Shown here: positions 21,453-29,016 of the stretch, piece after piece
How positions within the stretch are numbered: position 1 is the first letter of the stretch
How the letters are laid out: every line of letters starts with the position of its first letter
Assembly: GCA_040400085.1 (NCBI GenBank)
Contig: JBBAQX010000018.1
Coordinates: forward strand, 162-64,161
Source: Lysinibacter sp.
Lineage (GTDB): Bacteria > Actinomycetota > Actinomycetes > Actinomycetales > Microbacteriaceae
Direction of reading: 5' to 3'
DNA: 64,000 bases
Program-made: the position numbers and the translations under genes
The notes under the pieces: model-generated
Told to the model about the DNA's origin: nothing
The model's input: the letters and a program-made list of their open reading frames with translations, nothing else
Databases searched by the model: none

Positions 21453-22178
21453 CTAGTTCTCGGTGACAGTGAGGGAGGTGAACATGGTTTTGAGTTTTTT
21501 GTAGTTGTCGGTCTCCATGAAGGCGCGGGCCTCGTCGAGGTTTGCGAAGGTGGGGACCAAGGCGCTGTGGTCGCCCTCGCTGCCAGATTGGAACTGGTCG
21601 CCAAAGCTTACAAGACCGTACGGGTTTCCTTCGGGGAGCGCGAAGACGTTGTAAATCATGCAGGTCTCAGCTTGGTTGACGATGTTGAGAATACCGATGG
21701 ATGCTGTTACGCCGTTGGGATTTTCGATCGCGCTGAATTGGAAGCGAGGGGTGGTGAAGCCCGAGGTATCCGCGATTGGGTCATGGGGGAGGTCCAGGTC
21801 TTTTGTATCGAGGGCTGTAAACGGGTACAGGTTCTCGCAGGCCCCGCCGAGTCCAGTTGCTCCTGTGCTTAATGAGGCCACCGTTGCTCCGCTGGAATCT
21901 CGAACCGCGACCTCGATCCGTTTTTGGCGTTCAGGGGTGGGCTCGGGATAGGTCGCTTCGGTTGTCCAGTCAGCTGGGTATTTGAAGCTGAATACTCCGT
22001 CTTCCGAGGTGAAGGTGTTCCAGACCGCTTCAGTCGCCGAAGGCGTGCTCGAGGGTGATGCAGAGACTTCTGTGGATGCTGTTTTCGCGGGAACCGGGGA
22101 AGCAGTTGTTTCGTTTGCGCATCCCGTCAACGCCAGTGCAGCGACCGCAATCAGGGCGGGGGTGAGGAATTTTTTCAT
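21453..22178 (-). CDS. secreted lipoprotein, unknown function (paralog B)
   Basis: 241 aa with lipobox LTGC. The C-terminal 32 aa (LVPTFANLDEARAFMETDNYKKLKT(M/L)FTSLTVTEN) are nearly identical to paralog A. Confidence 0.75.
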   Translation of the reverse strand: MKKFLTPALIAVAALALTGCANETTASPVPAKTASTEVSASPSSTPSATEAVWNTFTSEDGVFSFKYPADWTTEATYPEPTPERQKRIEVAVRDSSGATVASLSTGATGLGGACENLYPFTALDTKDLDLPHDPIADTSGFTTPRFQFSAIENPNGVTASIGILNIVNQAETCMIYNVFALPEGNPYGLVSFGDQFQSGSEGDHSALVPTFANLDEARAFMETDNYKKLKTMFTSLTVTEN

Positions 22179-22306
22179 GGGGATCCTATGTATTGACGGG
22201 ACGGGTTGGAAGAGCTGTGACCAGTGCTATGGGTGCGACAAATCCACCTCATAGCTAGATCATAGCGAGGAGGTGAAATTGTTGCAGGAATATAGAAGCT
22301 TCGCGC

Positions 22307-22942
22307 CTAAAGAAGCTCGTCGTCTTCGTCGTCGTCTTCGTGAGCGGCAAAAATTTCGAGAGCTTCTTCGTCTAAATCATCTTTAGGTAGCCCTGCTTCT
22401 TCACGGATGACGTGGCGCCCGAGGATGAGAAGCTCTCGGTCTTCGAGAAGTATTGCCATCTCGTTGAGGTTAAGATCGGTGCTCTGCTCTATGAGGGAAT
22501 CCATCATTCTTATTCCACGGTTGAACCAGGCAACGGCTTGCTTGGTGTCGTCTACGTCTGAATAGGTGTCTCCGATGAATGAATATACGAGGGGGTCCTG
22601 TGGCTTCTCGTCGCGGATGAGATCGGCAAGTTGTTCGCCTTCGATTTCTTGGCCGGTGCGGAGAAGGGCATCGAGAAGATAGACGCGCTTGTCTGGGGCA
22701 ACGTCGCCTTCGGCGTGCTGCGCGTCACGGGCAGCTTCGTAGGCCTTGATCGGTTCTAGCGCGTCGTAGAAGCACTCTGAGGCGGCAATGTAAAGCGCTG
22801 CGGGGGAGGTGTCCTCGTCGTACTCCGTATTCGGGTCTCTCACTATCGCGAGAAATTCTTCTGCGGTTGCTCTCGCCGCTTCAGGAGTCTCTGCTGCGTA
22901 GCTTGTCTCATCGATGTAGTCCCATGTAACTTTTTTAGCCAT
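22307..22942 (-). CDS. hypothetical acidic protein
   Basis: 211 aa and very D/E-rich with a poly-acidic C-terminus (HEDDDEDDELL). I recognise no motif. Confidence 0.5.
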   Translation of the reverse strand: MAKKVTWDYIDETSYAAETPEAARATAEEFLAIVRDPNTEYDEDTSPAALYIAASECFYDALEPIKAYEAARDAQHAEGDVAPDKRVYLLDALLRTGQEIEGEQLADLIRDEKPQDPLVYSFIGDTYSDVDDTKQAVAWFNRGIRMMDSLIEQSTDLNLNEMAILLEDRELLILGRHVIREEAGLPKDDLDEEALEIFAAHEDDDEDDELL

Positions 22943-23009
22943 GACGCAAGGTTACTCCTTATACTGTGTGATGTTCAGCGGGTTGTGAGAATCGGATAGA
23001 GCGGATCTT

Positions 23010-23408
23010 TTACGAGACTGCTGAGAGCAGTTCTTCTTGGGACCTTATATAGGCCATGAGGATGTCGGCGGTAACGCCGAGTTCGAGGCACCATTGCCCT
23101 GAATCATTGCTGAGCTGAGTGACCCTGGTGAACTCGTCGGCAGTGATGAGCCGTTCTGAGGCAATCCGATCGCAGCGATGTTCGCGTTTCCAATGAGCTG
23201 GGCCAATGGGCATTGGGCGATCATGAAACTCGGCATGAACTATTTCGTGAGCTAGCGTGCAGCGTTCTTGTCTGCTATTCAGGCCCTCTCTCAGAACTAT
23301 GCGACGTGTTTCCTCAAAGTATTCTCCGTCGTTTCCGGGCGAGACCGGTCCGTAGATAACTTCCAGACCCAGTTCGGTTGCGTGATTATAAGGATTGTAG
23401 ATCTTCAT
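23010..23408 (-). CDS. ImmA/IrrE-family metallopeptidase (anti-repressor protease)
   Basis: 132 aa with an HExxH motif (TLAHEIVHAEFH). Its start overlaps the stop of the upstream XRE gene (ATGA), the typical ImmR-ImmA arrangement. Confidence 0.75.
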   Translation of the reverse strand: MKIYNPYNHATELGLEVIYGPVSPGNDGEYFEETRRIVLREGLNSRQERCTLAHEIVHAEFHDRPMPIGPAHWKREHRCDRIASERLITADEFTRVTQLSNDSGQWCLELGVTADILMAYIRSQEELLSAVS

Positions 23409-23842
23409 GTGTAGTCCTCCTCGTTAACGTCAATTGTCGGAGTTTCCTTCGCAACCGCGGGTAGTTCTTGGTCTTGAAGGGTTGCGTTTTTGTTGCCGGG
23501 AAACTCTATTACTGGATTATTCACGATGGTACTGACATTCGTGTTTTCTGATTGGTGAGAGAGAGTCTTGTTCGAAATTGCCACGAAGCGGGCTGCGTCC
23601 ATTGCTGTTGCAAGAACTCGCGCTGGACTCACATCGAGTGCGGAGCAGATGGACCCCAGGTCTTCGACATCTACTACGCGCTGGCCTTTGAGCGTCTTAT
23701 GGAGCGTTGATAAGGGTAATCCTGATTTGAGCGCGAATTGGTGCACGTTGAGTCCTTTGCGCGCCAGCTCTGCCCGGAGCTCACCCGAAACAGCGAGGCT
23801 GAGTGGGCCAATAAATCTTGAGTTGGTTCCTTTTTTCTCCAT
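23405..23842 (-). CDS. XRE-family repressor (ImmR/CI-like)
   Basis: 145 aa with an N-terminal HTH (LARKGLNVHQFALKSGLPLSTLHKTLKGQRVVDVEDLGSICSALDVSPARVL). It is divergent from the HTH gene at 23921. Confidence 0.8.
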   Translation of the reverse strand: MEKKGTNSRFIGPLSLAVSGELRAELARKGLNVHQFALKSGLPLSTLHKTLKGQRVVDVEDLGSICSALDVSPARVLATAMDAARFVAISNKTLSHQSENTNVSTIVNNPVIEFPGNKNATLQDQELPAVAKETPTIDVNEEDYT

Positions 23843-23849
23843 GTAGAAA

Positions 23850-23911
23850 ATAATAGTCAGTATTGAGAAAAATGCAAGAGTGGGTTGCTATTGGTCTTTC
23901 TTGAATATAAT
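23850..23911. promoter_or_regulatory. back-to-back divergent promoters of the genetic switch, both giving (near-)leaderless mRNAs
   Basis: Minus strand: TTGCAT (23877-23872), 16 nt, TATTAT (23855-23850), then 7 nt to ATG 23842. Plus strand: TTGCTA (23885-23890), 15 nt, TATAAT (23906-23911), then 9 nt to ATG 23921. Hexamers were read by eye and there is no experimental support. Confidence 0.5.
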
Positions 23912-23920
23912 CTCATCTAC

Positions 23921-24199
23921 ATGGAAATAAATAACTACACCTGGAGAGTGCAAATCGTTGCTGGTGAAGTCCGGGCCGCGATGGCTCGGAGTGGGGTGAG
24001 CGCAACGATAGTTGCTGAGGGGGCCCGCATACCGGCATCCACTCTTTATCGAAGGCTCAATGCGAGTTCTTCGTTCTCCGTGGAGGAATTGCTCCGAATC
24101 GCAGATTTCCTCCGAGTTGAACCTCGAATTTTTTTCCCAGTTGCCGCTCAGTGGCAAGACATGGAGCGCCGCAGAATGTCGCTCGCAACCACACGTTAG
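23921..24199 (+). CDS. small HTH DNA-binding protein (Cro/antirepressor-position gene)
   Basis: About 92 aa from ATG 23921: MEINNYTWRVQIVAGEVRAAMARSGVSATIVAEGARIPASTLYRRLN...EELLRIADFLRVEP, which is HTH-like. It occupies the position opposite the repressor. Confidence 0.6.
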   Translation: MEINNYTWRVQIVAGEVRAAMARSGVSATIVAEGARIPASTLYRRLNASSSFSVEELLRIADFLRVEPRIFFPVAAQWQDMERRRMSLATTR

Positions 24200-24365
24200 G
24201 ACAACGAATTGATAAACAAAGGAATCTCGCTGCGTACGGGTAGCCCAATCGTGGCAAGCCATGTGCCCAAAGAAAAGACGCCGGTGCATCTGTGTGCGCG
24301 ATGCAAAACTCCTTGGGGTAAATCAGCTCTCCCCTGCCCGAACGAGATTGACAAGAAGGTGTCGT

Positions 24366-25022
24366 GTGTTTGATCAGCTTCACAAAGTAGTAGATATGCT
24401 CACTCTCGGCGAGAGGGTGAGCGTGATTCGCGATGATGGTTCGCTCGCAACCGCTGTACATGAGCCGTTATTACGTCGAATGGAAGGTTCGATCCGGGGG
24501 TCGGTTGGTAAGGGAACCTCAAGCGCTTTGGCTCATGAGAGATCGATGATTGACGGGGATGCGCTGTATCGCTTTCAGCTGATGTCGAATCAGATCCGTC
24601 AGTGGTGCGCATCCCTGGGAGTCGCACCCGCGAGAGATGCGGTCGAGGGCCTCCGATCGTGGGTGTTAGCCTATGAGCAAAGTTTCCCGGAGAAGAAATC
24701 GGTGGAGTTTCGGGTTAAGACTCTTCGCGCTTGGGTTTCTTCGATTCACACGAAGCTGGATCCCTCTCATAAGCAGGATCTACCGGATCCATGTCCGGAG
24801 TGCGGCGCAACCGAATGGTGGAACCCGGCAACTCGGGAATGTCATTACCGCCCACTTGTGGTGCTCTATCGCGACCAACCTGGGTTGGTGGCCACTGCCA
24901 CGGGTCATTGCCGGGCGTGTGACACGACCTGGACAGCTCGGGCTCTCGCCCTGTTGATTGAGAGGGGATCCGAGGTTGAGAACAGGCGCCCGGAAATCTC
25001 TCAGGGGTTGGGTTGTAAGTAG
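24366..25022 (+). CDS. hypothetical phage protein with a C-terminal Cys4 zinc-ribbon (candidate late-gene regulator)
   Basis: The frame is open from 24261. The most plausible start is GTG 24366, preceded by GAAGG, with ATG 24396 as the alternative. The C-terminus reads CPECGATEWW...(31 aa)...CRACDTTW. The function is unknown and the regulator idea is inference only. Confidence 0.5.
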   Translation: MFDQLHKVVDMLTLGERVSVIRDDGSLATAVHEPLLRRMEGSIRGSVGKGTSSALAHERSMIDGDALYRFQLMSNQIRQWCASLGVAPARDAVEGLRSWVLAYEQSFPEKKSVEFRVKTLRAWVSSIHTKLDPSHKQDLPDPCPECGATEWWNPATRECHYRPLVVLYRDQPGLVATATGHCRACDTTWTARALALLIERGSEVENRRPEISQGLGCK

Positions 25023-25057
25023 AGTACAACTCTTTTCGGTGGCATAACGGGTTCTGT

Positions 25058-25090
25058 GGGTCCTCGCGTAACTGCGCGAGGACCCATTTG
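25058..25090 (+). terminator. intrinsic terminator-like hairpin after the early operon
   Basis: GGGTCCTCGCG-taactg-CGCGAGGACCC followed by ATTTGCATTT. Confidence 0.55.
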
Positions 25091-25183
25091 CATTTAATCA
25101 AGGATCGGTCAGAAGAGCCGAAAGGTGTCAGTATGACAAGATCTGATCGGTTTTGGGAATCGGATTGAATCGACTGGGTTTGC

Positions 25184-25241
25184 CGGGTAGTGTTCATAAC
25201 GAGCTCCTACCGGTGTATCTATGCCCGGTAAGGAGCTTTTG
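25184..25241 (+). repeat. repeat unit R1: conserved 38-nt box + terminator-like hairpin + T-run
   Basis: CGGGTAGTGTTCATAACGAGCTCCTACCGGTGTATCTA, then TGCCCGGTAAGGAGCTTTTG. The stem is AGCTCCTACCGG / CCGGTAAGGAGCT (one bulge). Confidence 0.7.
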
Positions 25242-25345
25242 TTGTTCAAGCTCAAACTGCTAGATTGAGTATTTTTCTCACGGTTGATGATTTCTGTTTG
25301 ATTTTGAGAAAAATACCTGATCAGCTTGAATTAGTTGATGATAAT

Positions 25346-25403
25346 CGGGTAATGTTTATAACGAGCTCCTACCGGTGTATCTACACCAGGTCAGGAGCTT
25401 TTG
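25346..25403 (+). repeat. repeat unit R2 (162 nt downstream of R1)
   Basis: CGGGTAATGTTTATAACGAGCTCCTACCGGTGTATCTA, identical to R1 at 36 of 38 positions. The 3' arm, CACCAGGTCAGGAGCTTTTG, differs in sequence but still pairs with the same 5' arm. Confidence 0.7.
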
Positions 25404-25477
25404 ACGTTAACCGGCGATGTGCATTGTCATGAGGTCGGCCGCTTTCGTCGGCTCTCATCACATTCAGCCTTAACCTA

Positions 25478-25506
25478 AACGCCCCGATACTCGGGGCGTT
25501 TCTTTT
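25478..25506 (+). terminator. intrinsic terminator-like hairpin 34 nt upstream of the first tail gene
   Basis: AAACGCCCCGA-tac-TCGGGGCGTTT followed by CTTTT. Confidence 0.6.
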
Positions 25507-25539
25507 ACCCCGTGGCATTGCCGCGATGAAAGGGCGGTC

Positions 25540-25938
25540 ATGACCCAAATAATCATTTTTCCTGATTCCGAGGCGAAGATCATTGAGTATCTCCGAACTC
25601 AGCTAGAGGCGCGCGGCGAAAATCTGCCCGTTGGCCGTTGGCATACCCGTTCGGAGCCTGCCGAACGATTGCGGGTATCCCGCATCGGCGGCAATGCGCG
25701 GAACCTTGTTACTGACTCCGCCCTCATCCAGATCGAGATCTGGGCGTCGGACTTGGCCCGTGGCTCACAGTTGGCGGCGTTAACTCGGGCCTTACTGCTG
25801 GCTTCGCCAAGGACTTCGGACGAAGTCATTCGCGCGGAAGACGTTACCGGCCCGGCACTCATCACTCCGGAAGGTACTGATGATCCTCGTCACCTTTTTG
25901 AGGTCCAGCTCGACTTCCGCGGCACGGCAAGCGACTAA
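25540..25938 (+). CDS. phage tail terminator / tail completion protein
   Basis: 132 aa, immediately upstream of the major tail protein gene. The pattern ...VSRIGGNARNLVTDSALIQIEIWASD...AALTRALL resembles actinophage tail-terminator proteins. The call rests on position and pattern. Confidence 0.55.
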   Translation: MTQIIIFPDSEAKIIEYLRTQLEARGENLPVGRWHTRSEPAERLRVSRIGGNARNLVTDSALIQIEIWASDLARGSQLAALTRALLLASPRTSDEVIRAEDVTGPALITPEGTDDPRHLFEVQLDFRGTASD

Positions 25939-26031
25939 CAACATCCCACCGATGATCATCAACTAATCACACATTCTTATCCTCCAGTTCACCCATTCAA
26001 GGTCAGCGCAACAACCGAAAAGGAAACAAAA

Positions 26032-26610
26032 ATGGGCAATTCAGCCTCCAACGTAATTTCAGGAACCCCTCTCGCCTCCGGCGGCATTCTCGTGGCTCCG
26101 GCAGGGACCAAGGTTCCCGCCGGTATCAGTGATGCACCCGCCGCAGCATTTGTTGTTGCCGGCTACATCGGTGAAGAGGGCATCGTGGAGGGCGGCGAGC
26201 GTTCCACCGAGAAGATCAAGGCTTGGGGCGGTGACACGGTGAAGGTCGTGCAGACCGAGCACTCGCTCACTTACGCTTTTACCTTCATCGAGACGATGAA
26301 CACATCGGTTCTGCAGTCGGTATACGGACCCTCGAACGTGTCCAAGAAGGCGGCGACAGCTTCCACCGGAACAATCCATGAGGTTGCAATCACCGGAGAC
26401 GCCCTGCCTCGTCAGGCATACGTCTTCGAGGTGAAGGATGGCAACTCGCGCATCCGCATCGTTGTCCCCGAGGGCCAGATCACGCAGGTCGGCGAGGTTA
26501 CTTACTCAGACAGCACGCTCGTCGGTTATGCAGTGACCGTTGAGTGCTTCCCCGATGCCCAGGGCGTCAAGGCGCGCAAGTACCTGGACAACGGTATCAA
26601 GGTGGCCTAA
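26032..26610 (+). CDS. phage major tail (tube) protein, non-contractile type
   Basis: 192 aa. Its size, position and beta-rich sequence (TYAFTFIETMN...VFEVKDGNSRIRIVVPEGQITQVGEVTYSD...YAVTVECFPD) are typical of siphovirus major tail proteins. A strong hairpin follows the gene. Confidence 0.7.
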   Translation: MGNSASNVISGTPLASGGILVAPAGTKVPAGISDAPAAAFVVAGYIGEEGIVEGGERSTEKIKAWGGDTVKVVQTEHSLTYAFTFIETMNTSVLQSVYGPSNVSKKAATASTGTIHEVAITGDALPRQAYVFEVKDGNSRIRIVVPEGQITQVGEVTYSDSTLVGYAVTVECFPDAQGVKARKYLDNGIKVA

Positions 26611-26619
26611 GGGTCTCGT

Positions 26620-26707
26620 GGGTTGAGCATCCGTCAATTGAGGGATGCTCAACCCCCACATTCTCCGGGGCGTGAGGTCCTCCTGCGCTGGCCACCTCAT
26701 GCCCCGG
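26620..26707 (+). other. two strong stem-loops between the tube-protein and chaperone genes
   Basis: Hairpin 1 is GGGTTGAGCATCC-N10-GGATGCTCAACCC (13 bp, perfect; 26620-26655). Hairpin 2 is CCGGGGCGTGAGGT-N15-ACCTCATGCCCCGG (14 bp, one G-U; 26665-26707). Neither is followed by a T-run. Confidence 0.7.
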
Positions 26708-26755
26708 TACTACACACATCTTCAGAGTCAGCGCGCTTTATGAAAGGCCAGTGCA

Positions 26756-27061
26756 ATGGTTTACACAGTTCCCGAATCTAAGAAGTCCCTCAAGCAGAAC
26801 CGCTTTGAGTTCAGCATCGACGGTGCCCGTTTTGAGCTACCGAAGTTCAAATTCTTGCCGATCGAGAAGATCGAAGCTCTTGACGCTTCGGAAACGAGCG
26901 GACAATTCTCTACGATGCTTGCGCTCTTCGGGCAGCCCGATACCGCGATTGGTAAGGCGCTGCGCACCCTCGATATCGAGCAGTTTACCGATCTATTTTC
27001 CGCGTGGCAGAAGGATTCCGGGGTGACCGTGGGGGAATCCGAGGCCTCCGCGAACTCCTAA
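26756..27061 (+). CDS. tail assembly chaperone (gpG-like)
   Basis: 101 aa, positioned between the tube protein and the tape measure. It ends ...FSAWQKDSGVTVGESEASANS, like actinophage chaperones. Confidence 0.7.
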   Translation: MVYTVPESKKSLKQNRFEFSIDGARFELPKFKFLPIEKIEALDASETSGQFSTMLALFGQPDTAIGKALRTLDIEQFTDLFSAWQKDSGVTVGESEASANS

Positions 27062-27417
27062 ACGAGTACCCGGAGGCCATCGAGTATGACCTGATCACAC
27101 TCGGCCTGCGGCTCAGCGATCTCGGCTCGGAGCGGCTGTCGTGGCGCGACCTACTCGTCATCGTGACGCGTATGCCACCACACCGCTCCGCGCTGGCGAA
27201 CGAGCGCACGCCCGAAGACGCGAGTTGGACCCTCAGCAACCACCTTCTTGCGGAGGCAATCGACTCGTTACGCCTGCAGCTGTGGGCAAAAACAAAGGAT
27301 GCACAGCGAAATCGCAACCGTCCGAAACCTATACCAAGACCGGGGCGCAGACCGGAAAAAATCGGCAAGAAACCCTTGCCACTCGACTCAATGCGTGACT
27401 GGCTTGGCTGGTCGTAG
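26756..27417 (+). CDS. tail assembly chaperone, -1 frameshift fusion product (gpGT-like)
   Basis: ORF 27004..27417 is in the -1 frame relative to 26756..27061 and overlaps its 3' end. It has no SD or start context of its own. It encodes ...LLNEYPEAIEYDLITLGLRLSDLGSERLSWRDLLVIV..., typical of the T-like extension. The candidate slip site is the G-run in GTG GGG GAA at 27031-27037, but the exact site is unproven. Confidence 0.6.
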
Positions 27418-27426
27418 GAGGGACTC

Positions 27427-29016
27427 ATGGCGATAAGCCTCGAAGTAAGTATTATCAATCCCGGAAAAATCACCGATGCCATAATCGATGCGTTGAAGGG
27501 CGCTGCACAATCGGTGGAGAAAGAAGCCGAAAATCTCGGCGAGAAGCTGATGGACGGGCTCGGCAAAAAAGTTGAAGAAGCAGGAGCCAGCCTGGGAGAA
27601 AAGCTGCTTGCAGGTTTATTTCAGGCGTTCGAAGCCGTTGGTGACGGTTTGTGGAAGGTTATTGGCGATCCGATAAACCAGGGCCTTAGCTCGATGGATG
27701 CTCTTGCCCAAGAAAATACTGCCCTGGTTAGAGGATCGTTCGAAAGTTTAGGAGCCAGTATTCTCGGGTCTTTGACCGCGATGAGTGCCGGTGTGACCGA
27801 CAGTTTTATCGGTGCGCTTGAAGGATGCAAGCAAGGCATCGCTGCTGTTACGGGTGCCCTGCAGGGCGCTATTCAGGGGATTAAGGTTGGTCTTGCCGAA
27901 GCAATTGGGTTAGTGGGGCAGCTAATCACCGCGTTCGGGCTAGCCGCTTTAGCAGCATCAGACTTAGCCGGGCTTATTGCGCTAGCAGGTTCAGGTGGCG
28001 AAAAAGAGGATGAGGGATTTAAATTCAATGGAATTCTTTCCAGCTTAGGCGAGATTGCAAGTGCTATCCCGCATCCGGTAGGTCAGATTATTGGTGCTGT
28101 TCTTTCAATTTACGGTGCTATCTTTCAGTTCTTCGAGGAGACTGATGAAGGAAAAGAAATTTGGGCAGGCTTCGTCTCATGGATAGAGCAGACGCTTACA
28201 GACTTTGCGGTTTTTCTTGTAACTGATTTTGTTCCTGGAGTCCTCGAGGCTTGGGAAGGAATAAAACAATTTTTTTCCGATATGTATCACAACTATATCG
28301 AACCTATAATTCAGGGATTCATAATAGCTCTGCTGGTTTTAGGCGCAATTTTTAATTTTCTCTATGAAAACTTTATACGACCTGTAATTGATGCCATTGT
28401 GACAAAATGGCGAGAATTCTACGAGGGAAACATTCAGCCCATTATTGAGGCTATCAAGGGAAAGCTGAACGAAGCGGGCGGTGCTTTTCGGAGGCTGTGG
28501 GATGAGAATGTGCAGCCAGTGGTGGACAAGCTCAAGGGTGGCCTTGAATCGTTAGGCAATACTGTACGAGAGATTTTCTCGGGAATTGCCGGGTTTGTAG
28601 GAAGCGCTTTTAATGGCCTTATCGACAAAATTCGGGGACCAATAAATACAATTATTGATTTTGTCAATAAAATGATTGATAAAATTAATGGAATTAAAAT
28701 AGACATTCCTGAAATCGCTCGAGCTTTTTTTGGAGGAGCTTCAAGCTTTAGTTTTGACATCCCCAAGATCCCCAAGCTGGCAAAGGGCGGCATCGTCGAA
28801 GCCCAGCCCGGCGGAATCCTTGCCAACATCGGTGAGGGCCGCTACGACGAGGCGGTCATCCCGCTGACCCCGCAGTTCATGAGCGCGTTGGCCGGCGGCG
28901 GCAATAGCGGACGCAACGTCACGGTCGAGCAGCACATCACGACGGTTCAGGATGACCCGCGAATTCAGATGCGACAGTGGTCGCGCGAAGCAGGAAGGGC
29001 GATGAGTCTCGCATGA
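27427..29016 (+). CDS. tape measure protein (short, 529 aa)
   Basis: It sits after the G/GT pair and has a strong SD (TAGGAGG). The sequence is helical and repetitive and rich in A/G/I/L with W/F periodicity (WAGFVSWIEQ, WEGIKQFF, WREFYEGNIQPIIEAIKGKL). The DNA is markedly AT-rich. Confidence 0.75.
   Translation: MAISLEVSIINPGKITDAIIDALKGAAQSVEKEAENLGEKLMDGLGKKVEEAGASLGEKLLAGLFQAFEAVGDGLWKVIGDPINQGLSSMDALAQENTALVRGSFESLGASILGSLTAMSAGVTDSFIGALEGCKQGIAAVTGALQGAIQGIKVGLAEAIGLVGQLITAFGLAALAASDLAGLIALAGSGGEKEDEGFKFNGILSSLGEIASAIPHPVGQIIGAVLSIYGAIFQFFEETDEGKEIWAGFVSWIEQTLTDFAVFLVTDFVPGVLEAWEGIKQFFSDMYHNYIEPIIQGFIIALLVLGAIFNFLYENFIRPVIDAIVTKWREFYEGNIQPIIEAIKGKLNEAGGAFRRLWDENVQPVVDKLKGGLESLGNTVREIFSGIAGFVGSAFNGLIDKIRGPINTIIDFVNKMIDKINGIKIDIPEIARAFFGGASSFSFDIPKIPKLAKGGIVEAQPGGILANIGEGRYDEAVIPLTPQFMSALAGGGNSGRNVTVEQHITTVQDDPRIQMRQWSREAGRAMSLA

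Noticed and set aside
24715-25197. 160-aa minus-strand ORF spanning the end of the zinc-ribbon gene and the first terminators
   Set aside because: It overlaps a better plus-strand gene and crosses hairpin and terminator structures. It has no SD and an R/P/S-rich composition.
25184-25403. Possible CRISPR array or MITE (two ~58-nt direct repeats 162 nt apart)
   Set aside because: There are only two copies and no cas genes. Each repeat ends in a hairpin plus T-run and they lie in a phage regulatory gap. Duplicated terminator or RNA modules fit better.
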